Part shown: positions 28,049 to 39,995 of the stretch, piece after piece
Layout of the letters: every line of letters begins with the position of its first letter
Position numbering within the stretch: the first letter of the stretch is position 1
Program-made: the position numbers and the translations under genes
Source: Eledone cirrhosa
Taxonomy: Eukaryota
DNA length: 64,000 nucleotides
Assembly (NCBI GenBank): GCA_964016885.1
Contig: OZ024742.1
Span: 311,736,001-311,800,000 of the forward strand
Direction: 5' to 3'
Notes under the pieces: model-generated
Databases searched by the model: none
The model's input: only the letters and a program-made list of their open reading frames with translations
Told to the model about the DNA's origin: nothing

Positions 28049-28540
28049 GCATATATACACGCACACGGATACTCACATACAGACACACAGACACACTCAT
28101 ATCTGGATCCCGTTCGGTGCCATATCGTTAGTCGTTGGGTATAATGTCGGATTTCATCAACCGGTAAAAAAAAAAAAATAAATAAAGAGATAAATAATGA
28201 AATAAATAAATAAATGTATTTATTTATATCGATAGAGCAGATTATTTATCGATTAACGAGATAAAAATCGAAATTATCCTTCGACCAAATATGCGACTGC
28301 GTATGAGTAAAAAAATAGACTCGGCGGCCATTTTGTATTTTTTTTTTACTTTTCATCTGTAACTTCTAACTAAACTCATTCTGATTCTGATCTTTATTTA
28401 TTTTTGAAAATATTCTGTTTCACTTGTCACATAGTGACATTGGCGTCTACTGATTGATTTCCTATTCCTATAAATAATATATAGTTATATACATTCATAT
28501 TTATTCACACACAAATATGATTATATATATGTATACCCCA

Positions 28541-28586
<46 letters not shown>

Positions 28587-28637
28587 CTCTCTGCCTCTCT
28601 CTCTCTCTTTGTCTCTCTTTCTCTCTATATATATATA

Positions 28638-29164
28638 TCCCCTATTGGGGATTTCGATTGTTATATTTGTTTGTTTCATATTTATACACGATTGTATGTA
28701 AAATCCCCGGCATATCTTTGTTTTGTCCCCTTTTCTTGTGCGCCCTTGTGGCTAATAAAGAAATCCATCTATCTATCTATCTATCTTCTTTTTTTCAAAT
28801 ACCACTTTGGAAGAAGAATCAGGATGGAGAGAGGGGTGCTGTACCCCAGCAAGTTTTATGAAAGGTGGGTGAAAGTGGCGAGAATGGCCCGAGTGAATGG
28901 GCCTTCTCTCTATATCAGCCTGTAGATTGAGGAAAAGGAGGAGGAGAGGAAAGGAGTACAAGCTCTTCGTACTCCTGAAGATGAGGGTTGCACATTTTTT
29001 TCGGGGGTATGTGTTACCCATATAAACTGTCTCCCTCTATTGGGGAAAATCGACTAACTTTTAAATTCCATCTGTGATAACATTTTACACGTTTTTATTG
29101 TATGTAAACTTCCCCCTTTGTATTTGTCCCCTTCTTTTGTGCCCCTGTGGCTAATAAAGAAATA

Positions 29165-29165
<1 letters not shown>
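28638..29165 (+). mobile_element. Two tandem Tx1 3'-end fragments, each followed by (ATCT)n
   Basis: Both end gtggctaataaagaaat + atctatct; FKYHFGRRIRMER..RWVKVA..SLYISL. Confidence 0.85.
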
Positions 29166-29242
<77 letters not shown>

Positions 29243-31680
29243 CCGTAACACAGACGGTACATCTGGACCCGGAGAGTCGACTGGTGGTCCTAGACGTTGA
29301 CGGTAGTGAAGGTGGAGCCTTCAGGCTGGTGGCCGCATATGCCTCATCCGGGACACCGCAGCCAGACTTCTTCAAACGTCTAGAGACTTTTCTGGGAACG
29401 TCCCGCTCCTTGCTTTTAGTGGGGGGACTGGAATGGAATCCTAGATGCACGTTGGGACTATGTGGGAGCATGTCCCGATAAAGGGTGGTGTAACAGCCTC
29501 AACCAGTTAATCGGCCGATTTAACAAGGCCGATATATATCGACTAGATTTTCCGACTGTGCCACTGTGGACGTGGACTAATCGTAGCGGAAGATCTAGAT
29601 CGTACCTAGATAGGGTTCTAGTTAGAAATAAAGATAGGGACATGTTAAGCTGTCCACAAATGTTCATGGTTGCCTATTCAGATCACAAACTAGTGACCTG
29701 CATGGTCAACCTTGATAGAACCGATAGACAAGGACCCGGCTACTGGAAGCTGAACTTGTCGTTACCCACATGCAAAGCCTACAGTAGACGGATTAGCACT
29801 TTAGTAAACAGCACTTGACAGCGGCTTTTGTCAACAACAGATGGTGGTACTCTCTCAAGAGGGCAGTTAGATTAGACTCGTTAGTTTTTAGTAAGGAATT
29901 AGCGTTAAATAGAAATAGAACTGAGAAGGAACTGATAGATAAAGTAGAATAGGCAATTAGAAGTGGCAACATAGTCAGCGTGCTAGCAACGAGAATGGCC
30001 TTGGACCAGTTCTTCAACGCAAAGCACGAGGGCTGCGTTGTCAGAAGCAAAATACGTGCTCTGGGTAACGAGGGAGCCAAAGCTGTTAGCTGGGCCCGGG
30101 TGACGGAGGCAAAAAGTAGCAACAAGTCCACGATTCGGTCTTTGAAGGACCAAGACGGACGGGTGATACGTGAGCCGAAGCAGATGTGCGCGGCCTTTCA
30201 GCGGCACTTTGCTCAGCTGTTCGGGCAGGGCGGCGCGCCAGGAGGGGCTATGGATTTCGGTTCATACCTCGACGGCCTACCGCGACTCTCGGACAGCGAG
30301 GCAAAGTTCTGCGAAAAGCCGATCTCAGCAGCTGAGATAGGGGACGCGCTGAGCCAATGCGGCAAACGCAAATCTCCAGGTCTCGACGGTCTACCCTACG
30401 AATTTTACGTAGCAATGCTGGACTTGTTCTCCCGTCTCCTGGAAGCGGTCTACTGCAACTGACAGCAGAACGGGAGAATTCCCAGTTCTGTGACCAGGGG
30501 CGTAGTCACACTAGTCAGGAAGGACGAGAATAAGGGGGATGACATAGGCAACTTCCGGCCCATAACTCTGCTAAACACAGAGTTACAGATTTTAGCCAAG
30601 GTGTTGGCAAAGAGGCTGGCGCTTGTCGTCGAAAACCTGGTGGGAGAAGCGCAGACATGCGCAATCCTGACCAGGTCCATACACGACAACGTCCACCTCA
30701 TGCGATACATCATAGAGAGGGTAGGGTGTAAACCCGGTTTCGGTGGAGCCCTGATCAACTTGGATCAGTCTAAGGCTTTCGATAGGGTTTACCATCATTA
30801 CCTGGATACGGTGCACGAGGCGGCAGGCTTCGGACCCGTGTTCAGGGGCTGGATTGCTGCAATGCCCAACAGCAACATCTGCTCAAAGGTCAAGGTGAAC
30901 GGCTACCTCTCGGGACCAATGGACAACTTCCAAAAGTCCTTGGCTTGGCAGTGCTACCGAGGAGCTCTACCAGTTCGAGACAAGCTCTACAGACACGGGC
31001 GCCCGGGTAGGACCCTTCGAAAAAGATCTGTCCGAGATGCGTGCGCGACGAGGAAACCGTCGCACACGCATTTGTACACTGCCCGGGCGTCACCGACCTG
31101 TGGGGCTATGTAGAACGACTATTGTCGCGGATGGGACCAATCCGGTTTACCACCGAGTCCATTGTCATGATTAAACCGCCACCCTCCTTCAAAAACGAGG
31201 GAGAGGTGGTTTTCCTATGTGTTATGGCTATGGTAAAAGAGGTTATATGGTGGACGAGGTTAAAAGGGCTGAGGTCAGACACCTTTCTCTCCGGCGAGCA
31301 ACTGATTCGTTATTTCAAATATCATTTTGGAAGAAGAATCAGGATGGAGAGAGAGGTGCTGTACCCCAGCCAATTTTATAAAAGGTGGGTGAATGTGGCA
31401 AAGATGGCCCGAGTGGTTGGGCCTTCTCTCTATATAAGCCTGTAGGTTGAGGAAAAAGAGGAAGAGAGGAAGGGAGTACTCACTCTTGGTGCCCCTGGAG
31501 ATGAGGGTTGTACATTTTTTCGGGGTGTGTACAACCCCTGTGTAACACCTCCTCTCTATTGGGGATTTCAATTGTTATTTGTTATTGTATTAATAGTTTT
31601 ATTTACTTATACCGGTATGTAAACTCCCCATTTGTATTTGTCCCCTTCTTTTGTGCCCTTGTGGCTAATAAAGAAATTTA
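29243..31680 (+). mobile_element. Tx1-clade LINE, 5'-truncated and internally deleted
   Basis: APE motifs SRSYLDRVL..SDHKLV and GPGYWKLN; RT motifs KSPGLDGLPYEFY, NFRPITLLNTE.QILAK, NLDQSKAFDRV; C-terminal zinc knuckle; several stops and frameshifts. Confidence 0.9.
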
Positions 31681-31759
31681 TCTATCTCTCTATCTCTCTA
31701 TCTATCCTTCTATATATATATAGTATATATTAGAAGGAAATTACTTCTACTGCTGTAGC

Positions 31760-32340
31760 ACCAATTTATTAGTTTAATGGTTAGAGCACACAACCGTGAT
31801 TTGAATGATAGTGATCGATTCTCCCTAGCGGCTGTTGGTCACTGTTTTCAGTCTATAGGTTGTTTTTTTTACCCGATTTTCTGTTTATATTGGCAGTAGA
31901 GCGTCGGACACTAAGCTTCAAAGCATAGAGTTACGTCCTTTTACAGTCTGAGTTTAAATTCCGCTGAGGTTTGCTTTGCCTTTCATCCTTACGGCATCGA
32001 TAAAACAAAGTAGGTCGATTTAATCGATATCCCTTCTCCAAATCTGTTGGCCTTATGCCTAAATCAGAAACCATTATTTATACAATCAACTGTTATTACA
32101 GTTACCTTTTGTGTTTGGGATTCTTACATTTTCAAAACTACCGAATGCTCCCATAGTTTATATATAATGTTATTTACATCCAAGGCTGTTCTGTACAACC
32201 ATCTCGGAATCGGTTGACACAGTTTGTTTAGTTCAATAGTTAGAGCACTCAGCCGAAATTTGAGAGATATAGAGTTTGGTTCTCTATAACGACTGCTGGC
32301 CCCCTTTTTCTGTCCGTTGGGGCTATTTTACCCGATTGTC
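31760..32340 (+). mobile_element. SINE cluster: two copies of a second tRNA-headed SINE (31760-31880, 32215-32340) and one Nin-like SINE (31890-32080)
   Basis: A-box-like TAGTTYAATRGTTAGAGCAC in both copies, with shared ttacccgatt end; Nin core between them. Confidence 0.6.
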
Positions 32341-32421
32341 TAATCGGTAAATGCGTTTGAGATTCCAGCATTTTCTAATAATATAATATAATATTTTCTA
32401 ATAATATAATATAATATAATA

Positions 32422-32949
32422 TAAAAATACGTATTTAAGAAAGCCACAACAATGCAAAGGGAAATCTCGAGGTAGGAAGTGAAATATAGATAGGAAAAAC
32501 AGGTGAAAGTGAAAGTTGAGAGAGACAAAGATGAAAACAAAACAAAGGTAGAAGGGTTACCGTAGTAGAGATTTTAATCCCAATATTTCGGGCTCACGCC
32601 CATCAACGGGGGAAAAGTTCCAAAAGGGGGGAAAAACAGGCCAAGCGGAGAAAGTGGTGATGTCGTTAAGACAGGAATGCCGTTATAACGGCATTCCTGT
32701 CTTAACGACATCACCACTTTCTCCGCTTGGCCTGTTTTTCCCCCCTTTTGGAACTTTTCCCCCGTTGATGGGCGTGAGCCCGAAATATTGGGATTAAAAT
32801 CTCTACTACGGTAACCCTTCTACCTTTGTTTTGTTTTCATCTTTGTCTCTCTCAACTTTCACTTTCACCTGTTTTTCCTATCTATATTTCACTTCCTACC
32901 TCGAGATTTCCCTTTGCATTGTTGTGGCTTTCTTAAATACGTATTTTTA
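32422..32949. repeat. Perfect spacerless 528-bp palindrome with a hammerhead-like motif in each arm (32578-32613 minus, 32758-32793 plus)
   Basis: Centre gccgtta|taacggc at 32685/32686; TCCC-CCGTTGA-T-GGGC gtga GCCC-GAAA-TATT-GGGA; flanked by (ATAAT)n. Confidence 0.9.
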
Positions 32950-33009
32950 CACATTTCACAATGCTTCAAGCAAACTTTAACACCCTCTTAATATAATATA
33001 ATATAATAT

Positions 33010-34232
33010 AATTGTTTCTACTTAATATTTCTACAAGGCCATCAATTACCCAGTACATTACTGATACTTTATTTTATCGACCCCGTAAGGATGAAAGGCA
33101 AAGTTAACCTCGGCGGGATTTGAACTCAGATCGTAAAGGGACGTAACTATGCTGGAAAGCATGGCGTCCGACCCTCTACCAATACTGCCAATCCACCTAT
33201 AATGTAATATAATATAATATCTATGCATATGGATCCATAGCTCTTGACGGAGTTGTAGGAGCCCTGGTATGACATACTGTGTGTCTTGGGCAATTAAAAT
33301 CTGGTGGATCCTATCTCTCACCAAAATTCTGGTCGATTGAGAGAGAGAGAGAGAGAGAGAGTGAGAGAGAACGGAAGTGAGAAAGAGATAATATAGAGGG
33401 AGAATCGATCTAAGTAGAGGACTGGTATTTTTTTCATCAACATTGAAAGGATAAAAGACGAAGTTGACCTCGGGTGGTTTTGAACTCAGAGAGCTAGAAC
33501 AAATAAGGCAAAGCATTCTTTCCGGAGTTCTCACGGTTCAGCTAATTCGCTACTTACATCTTGTAGTCTAATCCGGTATCCTGTTCTTTATTCCAGCTTG
33601 TATATATTTTTTCTAACGAGTAAACACACACACACACACCCACATATATATACACACACGCACACTCATACATACTCTGTCTGCCTGTCTATCTGCCTCT
33701 CTCTCTTCTCCTGTTTCTTTAACTAACACACACATACAACTAGGCAGTCACATTTCTGGACCTTAAACCAGGCATGTCAAACATGTGGCCCATGGGCCGC
33801 ATGCGGCCCTTTGCAAGCACACCTGCTTCCCGCACAAAGGTTTTTACAGTGCGAGCATGTTTTATCTTCGTAATATAAAATAAAAAAAATGTGTTGTAAT
33901 GCCCGCAATGTCGTGTGAAGCCCTCAGACAATATATATGTGACGCATGTGGCCCTCAGAGACCCTCAGAAACGCCTGAATTAAAGGATTACAGTGTTACA
34001 AACCTTTTCTTTTTTATACTAAATACTGACAATTATCTAGTTAGGGAACTCTACCATTTCTCTTTCTCAATATCCTTTGCTCTTTATAATGATATGTAAT
34101 AATTGTTTCTACTTTTGGCACAAAGCCAGCAATTATCCCAGGCCATTACTGCTGCTTTATGTTATGGACGCCGTAACATTTGCGGCATTTGAACTCAGAA
34201 CATAAAGGGCCATAACTCTATATCGCAAAGCA
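33010..34232 (-). mobile_element. Three SINE copies (33010-33197, 33400-33553, 34098-34232) and a partial hAT end (33769-33960)
   Basis: SINE cores; CAGGCATGTCAAAC..GGCCC..GGGCCGCATGCGGCCC is hAT-like. Confidence 0.7.
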
Positions 34233-34899
34233 TAGAAAGAACTGACTCGCGAGAAAAAATATATACATATATACATATACATACAAGTGGAAGCTTAATA
34301 AAATCGAAGCTTAGGCTGCGGCCAAGCAAAATCAACCTACAATTAGGAATGAGTAGCAAAGCACTCAATAAGGGTAGGCCCTCAGAGTAATAACATACGT
34401 TTAGATAACTTGATAAATTGAAAATTGCGGCAAGCAAACCCAGCCATACAATACCAAAACAACGAAAAAACTAATCAGGTTAGACAACAGACCTTGGCAT
34501 GGAGAGAGATAATGAAAGAAAAAGAAAGAAATATTGTGTATGTGAGAGAGAAAGAGAGAGGGGGGAGCGCTATAACTGAGACGAAGAAGACAGCAAAGAA
34601 GATATATAGAAAATAGAAACGTTTGCAACATTGCATATTCTATGGTCTATCTGAAATGTAGTTTCCGTTGGCATTCCAGATTTTTCTCGCTCCCCAGCGA
34701 ATGAGTGAGCGCCTGTATAATCATAGGGGCGGTGGAAGCATTTCTGAATTGGGAGGGGATTTGGTCAATTTAGTTGGAATGATTAGTTTAGCTCTTTACA
34801 CTCTAAAAAAATATGCTCCGTGTCCTTTCCTAAGGGGTTAATTTATTGAGCTTCTTCGCATTTGGTAAGAAACTGGTATTATACCCAATTTATTCATCT

Positions 34900-34978
<79 letters not shown>

Positions 34979-35084
34979 ATAATAATAAAATTGAAGACTA
35001 AAATCCAAAGAGGGCTCGATAAGGAAAATATATATCAAATATATAAGAACCGTAGAGTAAATATTTATTAAAATAACAGATTAA

Positions 35085-35135
35085 AGTTTAAGCAAAGAAT
35101 CGCTGCTTTCACCCTTAACGGGATCTTCTGAAACT
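35085..35135 (-). ncRNA. Hammerhead (CAGAAGA core), inverted Naiad arm
   Basis: Reverse complement of 38016-38066. Confidence 0.7.
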
Positions 35136-35652
35136 AACAAAGTCAATCTGTAAACGCAGAACTGGATATTTCAAAAAACGTTGCAACCGGAGGAAGACAG
35201 GAAGACGATACTTTGGTTCGTGGTGACGTTCGCTGGCAAAGAACGGGAAAAAACGAATAATACGTCATTAATAGGAGCGGTGAAAAACAATTACGCGCAA
35301 AGACAAAACCACGTTTATGGTATAAAAGAGGTCGTAGACTAATGTTCTCTTAGGTGGTGCATAGAGGCGTTCTCTGGCAATGAACGAAAAAACGAAGATA
35401 ATAAGTCATATGTGGAGTGTGGCGAACAAAAGCACGCAAAGACAAAACCACGTAAATGGTATAGCAGAAGTCGTAGACTAAAATTCTAACTAGGAGACCA
35501 AATGAATCTCCGCTACAGAGTTAAGAACAAAGTAAATAAATACAATACAGAAGTAATAGAAACAAATAAATACATACACGCAAACAGATACGTACATACA
35601 CAAGCATACGCAAAACCTTACCATAGGTATACAAAACCACGCACATATAAAT

Positions 35653-37089
35653 ATGTGTATATGTGTATGCTTCGGCATATGTAACAAGGAACATTGCCGT
35701 TTTATCCAATTCGACATCAACAATTACTACTCCTCCATCACTTTACCACTTCTCCTCAGAGCTATCAATTTCGCTAAAACACTCACAGTGGTTAAGGATT
35801 TTGAAGTTGATGTCATCCTTAATGCCCGAAAGTCGGTGATTAATTTCGACGACTCTATTTGGATTAAAACATCCAATAGTACCCCATTCGACGTGAGTAT
35901 GGGCGCCAGTGACTCTGCGGAGGTTACTGATCTTATTGGCCTTTTCCTTCTTTTCTCTATCAAGGACGAATTCCCCAACGCGGGCGGTGGTTTGTACCGT
36001 GACGATGGTCTTTTGACCATGACTAAGTGCGGACCTCGTGCTTGCGACAGGTTCAGAAAAGAACTCACAGCCTTCTTTAAAGGCTTCAACCTCTCTATAC
36101 AGGTTGAGGCCAATCTCTCGGTCGTTAATTACCTCGACGTTACCCTCAATTTATTGAATGGGTTGTATTACCCGTATAGAAAGCCGAATGATACGCTTAA
36201 TTACATAAGTAAGCATTCCAACCATCCTGCCAGCATAACCAAAAACCTGGTAAGAAACGTTTCGTTGAGGCTTTCCCGTCTTTCCACCTACGAGCGCATT
36301 TTCAACGACCATTCCGCTTATTACAATGAAGCTCTTGTTCGAAGTGGATTTGTCGATAAGGTAGCATATACAGAGTATGAAAATAGACCTAGAAGAAATA
36401 GATCCCGTCGCATTTGTTGGTTTAACCCACCATATAATATGGAGGTGGCCACACCATTAACTAAGATCTTTCTTTCCCTGATTACGAAGCATTTTCCCCC
36501 TACACATAAATATAGTAAAATTTTTAATAGAAATACTATTAAAATTTCTTACTCTACGACTCCTAACCTTGCACATAACATCACAGCTTCAAATTTAGCT
36601 AAACTACCTAACCGTAGGAACACGTGCAACCCTGTAGTTAGTACTAACTGTAATTGTAGGAATCGGGCTGATTGCCCCCTATCCGGGAAATGCCTCTCTA
36701 GTAACATTGTCTACAAATGTAAGGTTGTAACACCCACATCCCGTAGGGCCTACATAGGGTTAACCGCCAATAGTTTCAAGCAGCGTCTTTACATGCATAC
36801 CCATTCTTTTCGTTACCCTCTAAGAAGGAATATGACGTCACTTTCAGCTTATATCTGGAGTCTAAAAGACAACCACACCCAATATAAGTTACACTGGGAG
36901 ATCGTAGCTAGGGCTAGATCGTATAACGGAAATAAAAGACCATGTGACCTCTGCGCCGCTGAGGCCCTGGAAATACTCTACGCCACAGACCACATCTTAA
37001 ACAAAAAATCTGAGGCAATTTCGGCTTGTAAACATAAATTGCACAAAACTTTCCTGTATTACAGCCCCACGTTATACCCTAACGGATAG
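35653..37089 (+). CDS. Naiad PLE reverse transcriptase + GIY-YIG endonuclease (N-terminally truncated; homology begins ~35671)
   Basis: FIQFDINNYYSSI, MGASDSAEVTDLIG, GLYRDDGL, NYLDVTLNL, SNHP, WFNPPY, CNCR..CPL.GKC..NIVY..YIGLT..FKQR..H, CDLC..E..LNKKSE..CKH. No internal stops. Confidence 0.9.
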   Translation: MCICVCFGICNKEHCRFIQFDINNYYSSITLPLLLRAINFAKTLTVVKDFEVDVILNARKSVINFDDSIWIKTSNSTPFDVSMGASDSAEVTDLIGLFLLFSIKDEFPNAGGGLYRDDGLLTMTKCGPRACDRFRKELTAFFKGFNLSIQVEANLSVVNYLDVTLNLLNGLYYPYRKPNDTLNYISKHSNHPASITKNLVRNVSLRLSRLSTYERIFNDHSAYYNEALVRSGFVDKVAYTEYENRPRRNRSRRICWFNPPYNMEVATPLTKIFLSLITKHFPPTHKYSKIFNRNTIKISYSTTPNLAHNITASNLAKLPNRRNTCNPVVSTNCNCRNRADCPLSGKCLSSNIVYKCKVVTPTSRRAYIGLTANSFKQRLYMHTHSFRYPLRRNMTSLSAYIWSLKDNHTQYKLHWEIVARARSYNGNKRPCDLCAAEALEILYATDHILNKKSEAISACKHKLHKTFLYYSPTLYPNG

Positions 37090-37670
37090 CACGATCTATA
37101 CGTGGATATTTTACGTCTTGATGTGGGAGCTAAGTATATGTTTTGTTTATTCCTTTACTTATTTGCATAGGTAAGTATATATTACCCATATGTTTTGTGA
37201 AGGTATGTATACCTTCTCGTACGTATATTTGACTGTTATGGCGTATCATTTTTACATATTCTGGTATTTAGGGTTTGGCTATGTGTATACGGGAGTTTTG
37301 CGTCTGCGTGAGTATGCAGGTTCGTACGTATGGTGGGTGTGTGTATATGTGTACTTCTTGTTTTAGTTGACTTACGTCTCCGAACATTCGTGTATTTATA
37401 TGTAGGTATGTGCGTGCGCTTGTTATATACGTATTTATTTACTTATATACGTTTATATAATTATTTATTTATTTGTACACAAGCATACACATACACATAT
37501 TTATATGTGCGTGGTTTTGTATACCTATGGTAAGGTTTTGCGTATGCTTGTGTATGTACGTATCTGTTTGCGTGTATGTATTTATTTGTTTCTATTACTT
37601 CTGTATTGTATTTATTTACTTTGTTCTTAACTCTGTAGCGGAGATTCATTTGGTCTCCTAGTTAGAATTT

Positions 37671-37924
37671 TAGTCTACGACTTCTGCTATACCATTTACG
37701 TGGTTTTGTCTTTGCGTGCTTTTGTTCTCCACGCTCCACATATGACTTATTATCTTCGTTTTTTCGTTCATTGCCAGAGAACGTCTCTATGCACCACCTA
37801 AGAGAACATTAGTCTACGACCTCTTTTATACCATAAACGTGATTTTGTCTTTGCGCGTAAATGTTTTTCACCGCTCCTATTAATGACGTATTATTCGTTT
37901 TTTCCCGTTCTTTGCCAGCGAACG
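37671..37924 (+). repeat. Diverged ~139-bp tandem duplication in Naiad 3' UTR
   Basis: tagtctacgac..gttttgtctttgcg..ttgccag.gaacg at 37671 and 37810. Confidence 0.8.
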
Positions 37925-38015
37925 TTACCACGAACCAAAGTATATTCTTCCTGTCTTCCTCCGGTTGCAACGTTTTTTGAAATATCCAGTTCTGCGTTTA
38001 CAGATTGACTTTGTT

Positions 38016-38066
38016 AGTTTCAGAAGATCCCGTTAAGGGTGAAAGCAGCGATTCTTTGCTTAAACT
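38016..38066 (+). ncRNA. Hammerhead (CAGAAGA core) in Naiad 3' end
   Basis: AGTTT-CAGAAGA-T-CCC gttaa GGG-T-GAAA-GCA..TGC-TT-AAACT. Confidence 0.72.
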
Positions 38067-38126
38067 TTAATCTGTTATTTTAATAAATATATATAATATA
38101 TATATATATATAATATATATATATAA

Positions 38127-38846
38127 GTTATTCCGGGTTGAATCGGGGGTAACCTCAGTAAGTAAGGTACTCAATACATAGCAGAGTATAAATGTTTTAA
38201 TATAGAAAAGCTTCTACAGGACTAGAACTGTTTCATTCAGTGAGAAATCATCAGGAACAATTGGCACTATCGCACCATTTCTCGCCATGGGACTTCGAGA
38301 CTAGAGCCGAATGCTACCATTCTATTGTACAGCGATTGGAGACTGAATTTCTCTAATAACCAATTTTTCACTAACTTGTTAATTTGTGTTTGAGATACGT
38401 TGGCTGAGTGCTTATGGCGGGGTGGAACTATTTGAATTTCGTTTCTTGTCATCACGTAAATTTATAAATCGGTAGCCGATCAGGAGACAGCATTGCCTCG
38501 CGGATAGATTCCAGTTACCAACATTTTACTGTGTTGGCTGTCACATACACTCATAGCCGGCACGAACTGGAGTCGAATTCTGTCGATCGATTGGTTATTG
38601 ATTAGGCGAAGCCCGCTGATGAAGCACATGCGCCGATTGTGCATTGTTACATAATATATGAGGACAGAGGGTGCAGTGCACTCTACTGCTGCATCAAGTG
38701 TGGCCGAAACTCGAGGTACCGATTTGCGTGTGTTGTATTGAAGCGAATAACTATGTGTATACTCTGGGAGTTTATTCAACAATACCTATTGAGTACGCTG
38801 AGATGCAACCAGTCCTAGCAGTGAGACCTATGCTAGTTCCGTAACT

Positions 38847-38850
<4 letters not shown>
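38127..38850 (-). mobile_element. Family G non-coding PLE 3' segment with hammerhead-like motif near 38226-38258
   Basis: Minus strand CTGATGA-TTTC tcact GAAT-GAAAC-AGTT (stem I weak). The end matches 44050-44180; (TA)n flanks. Confidence 0.6.
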
Positions 38851-38886
<36 letters not shown>

Positions 38887-38894
38887 ATTATTAT

Positions 38895-39130
38895 TATTAT
38901 TATTATGTAATAAACAACATAAGGCAATTATTCCATTTACCAGTGGTTTCTTAAAAGCAAAAGATTTTGCTTTCAATCCTCTGAATGAAAAAATCCTGGT
39001 CTTTTTTCATTCTGAGGATTGAAAGCAAAATCTTTTGCTTTTAAGAAACCACTGGTAAATGGAATAATTGCCTTATGTTGTTTATTACATAATAATAATT
39101 AAGCTCTGTTACCTACATAGAGCACTCTTT
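38895..39130. repeat. Fold-back with paired hammerheads
   Basis: Arms of about 95 bp. The minus copy at 38931-38990 has core CAGAGGA; the plus copy is canonical. Confidence 0.85.
39005..39064 (+). ncRNA. Canonical type I hammerhead
   Basis: TTTCATT-CTGAGGA-TTGAAAGCAAAA tc TTTTGCTTTTAA-GAAA-CC act GG-TA-AATGGAA. Confidence 0.88.
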
Positions 39131-39163
39131 TTTCCTGGACTTTTCCGACGGAATTACTTCATT

Positions 39164-39264
<101 letters not shown>

Positions 39265-39308
39265 ATTGATAAATGGAAAATATCTTTATAATACACATAT
39301 TTATTTAA

Positions 39309-39360
39309 TTTATACGTATTTCAAGGACACTAAATTTTAGTATACTTTCATCAGATAAAA
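39309..39360 (-). ncRNA. Hammerhead-like motif; family also at 40132-40187 (minus) and 45182-45237 (plus)
   Basis: TTTTAT-CTGATGA-AAG..CTT-GAAA-TACGT-ATAAA. Stem II differs in sequence but still pairs in all three copies; the cleavage triplet is atypical. Confidence 0.6.
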
Positions 39361-39544
39361 TATATTTGGTATTAAGATATTGACATACCTTAGCGTAAAC
39401 TTAATAGTATAAGCCCGCTATCGGTAGTGAGGTAAAAATGTGAGGTAAAAAATTTATTAATATTGTTACTATTAATAATACTCCAGATAAAAAGCTGTAG
39501 AGTGCTTCAAATCTGTTAATAATCAACAAACCATATAACTCATT

Positions 39545-39610
<66 letters not shown>

Positions 39611-39761
39611 TTGGAGGGGGGACTCTGCTTCGTAGAATCGAGACATATCTGAGTCAGGTTTGATCATTGCATCGATCGTGCCTCGAGCTGGTCGCCAGAG
39701 AAACGATTGTAATATGTCTAATAAATTTTATTCGTCGCACCACTGATTCTCTGTTTCTTAT

Positions 39762-39810
<49 letters not shown>

Positions 39811-39815
<5 letters not shown>

Positions 39816-39995
39816 AAAATGTATGACCCCGATGGCAGAGCTCAAACCGTTTCGACGGTTATTTTTGGAAATAGCCGTCCAAACAGTTTGAGCCCTGCCA
39901 TCGGGATCATATATTTTCCTATTACCCACTCTACTATCCTAAGTATTGAGTACTATGGTGCGTTATGGTCCATTAGGTTCCTTACCACAACTCCT
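39811..39995 (+). mobile_element. Family F fold-back
   Basis: Inverted arms meet at gacggttatttt|tggaaatagccgtc. Confidence 0.75.

Larger units (their letters stand above)
34975..38090 (+). mobile_element. Young Naiad-type Penelope-like element, 5'-truncated, with inverted copy of its 3' end
   Basis: Inverted arms 35061-35672 / 37481-38090 differ at only a handful of sites. The left arm carries an extra tail at 34975-35060. Both ends lie in (TA)n. Confidence 0.92.

Noticed and set aside
35653-37480. Selenocysteine recoding/SECIS as reported for some Naiads
   Set aside because: The ORF has no in-frame TGA and I could not identify a SECIS.
35061-38090. DNA transposon with 610-bp TIRs
   Set aside because: The enclosed ORF is a truncated RT/GIY-YIG protein and the arms are its own 3' UTR, not transposase TIRs.
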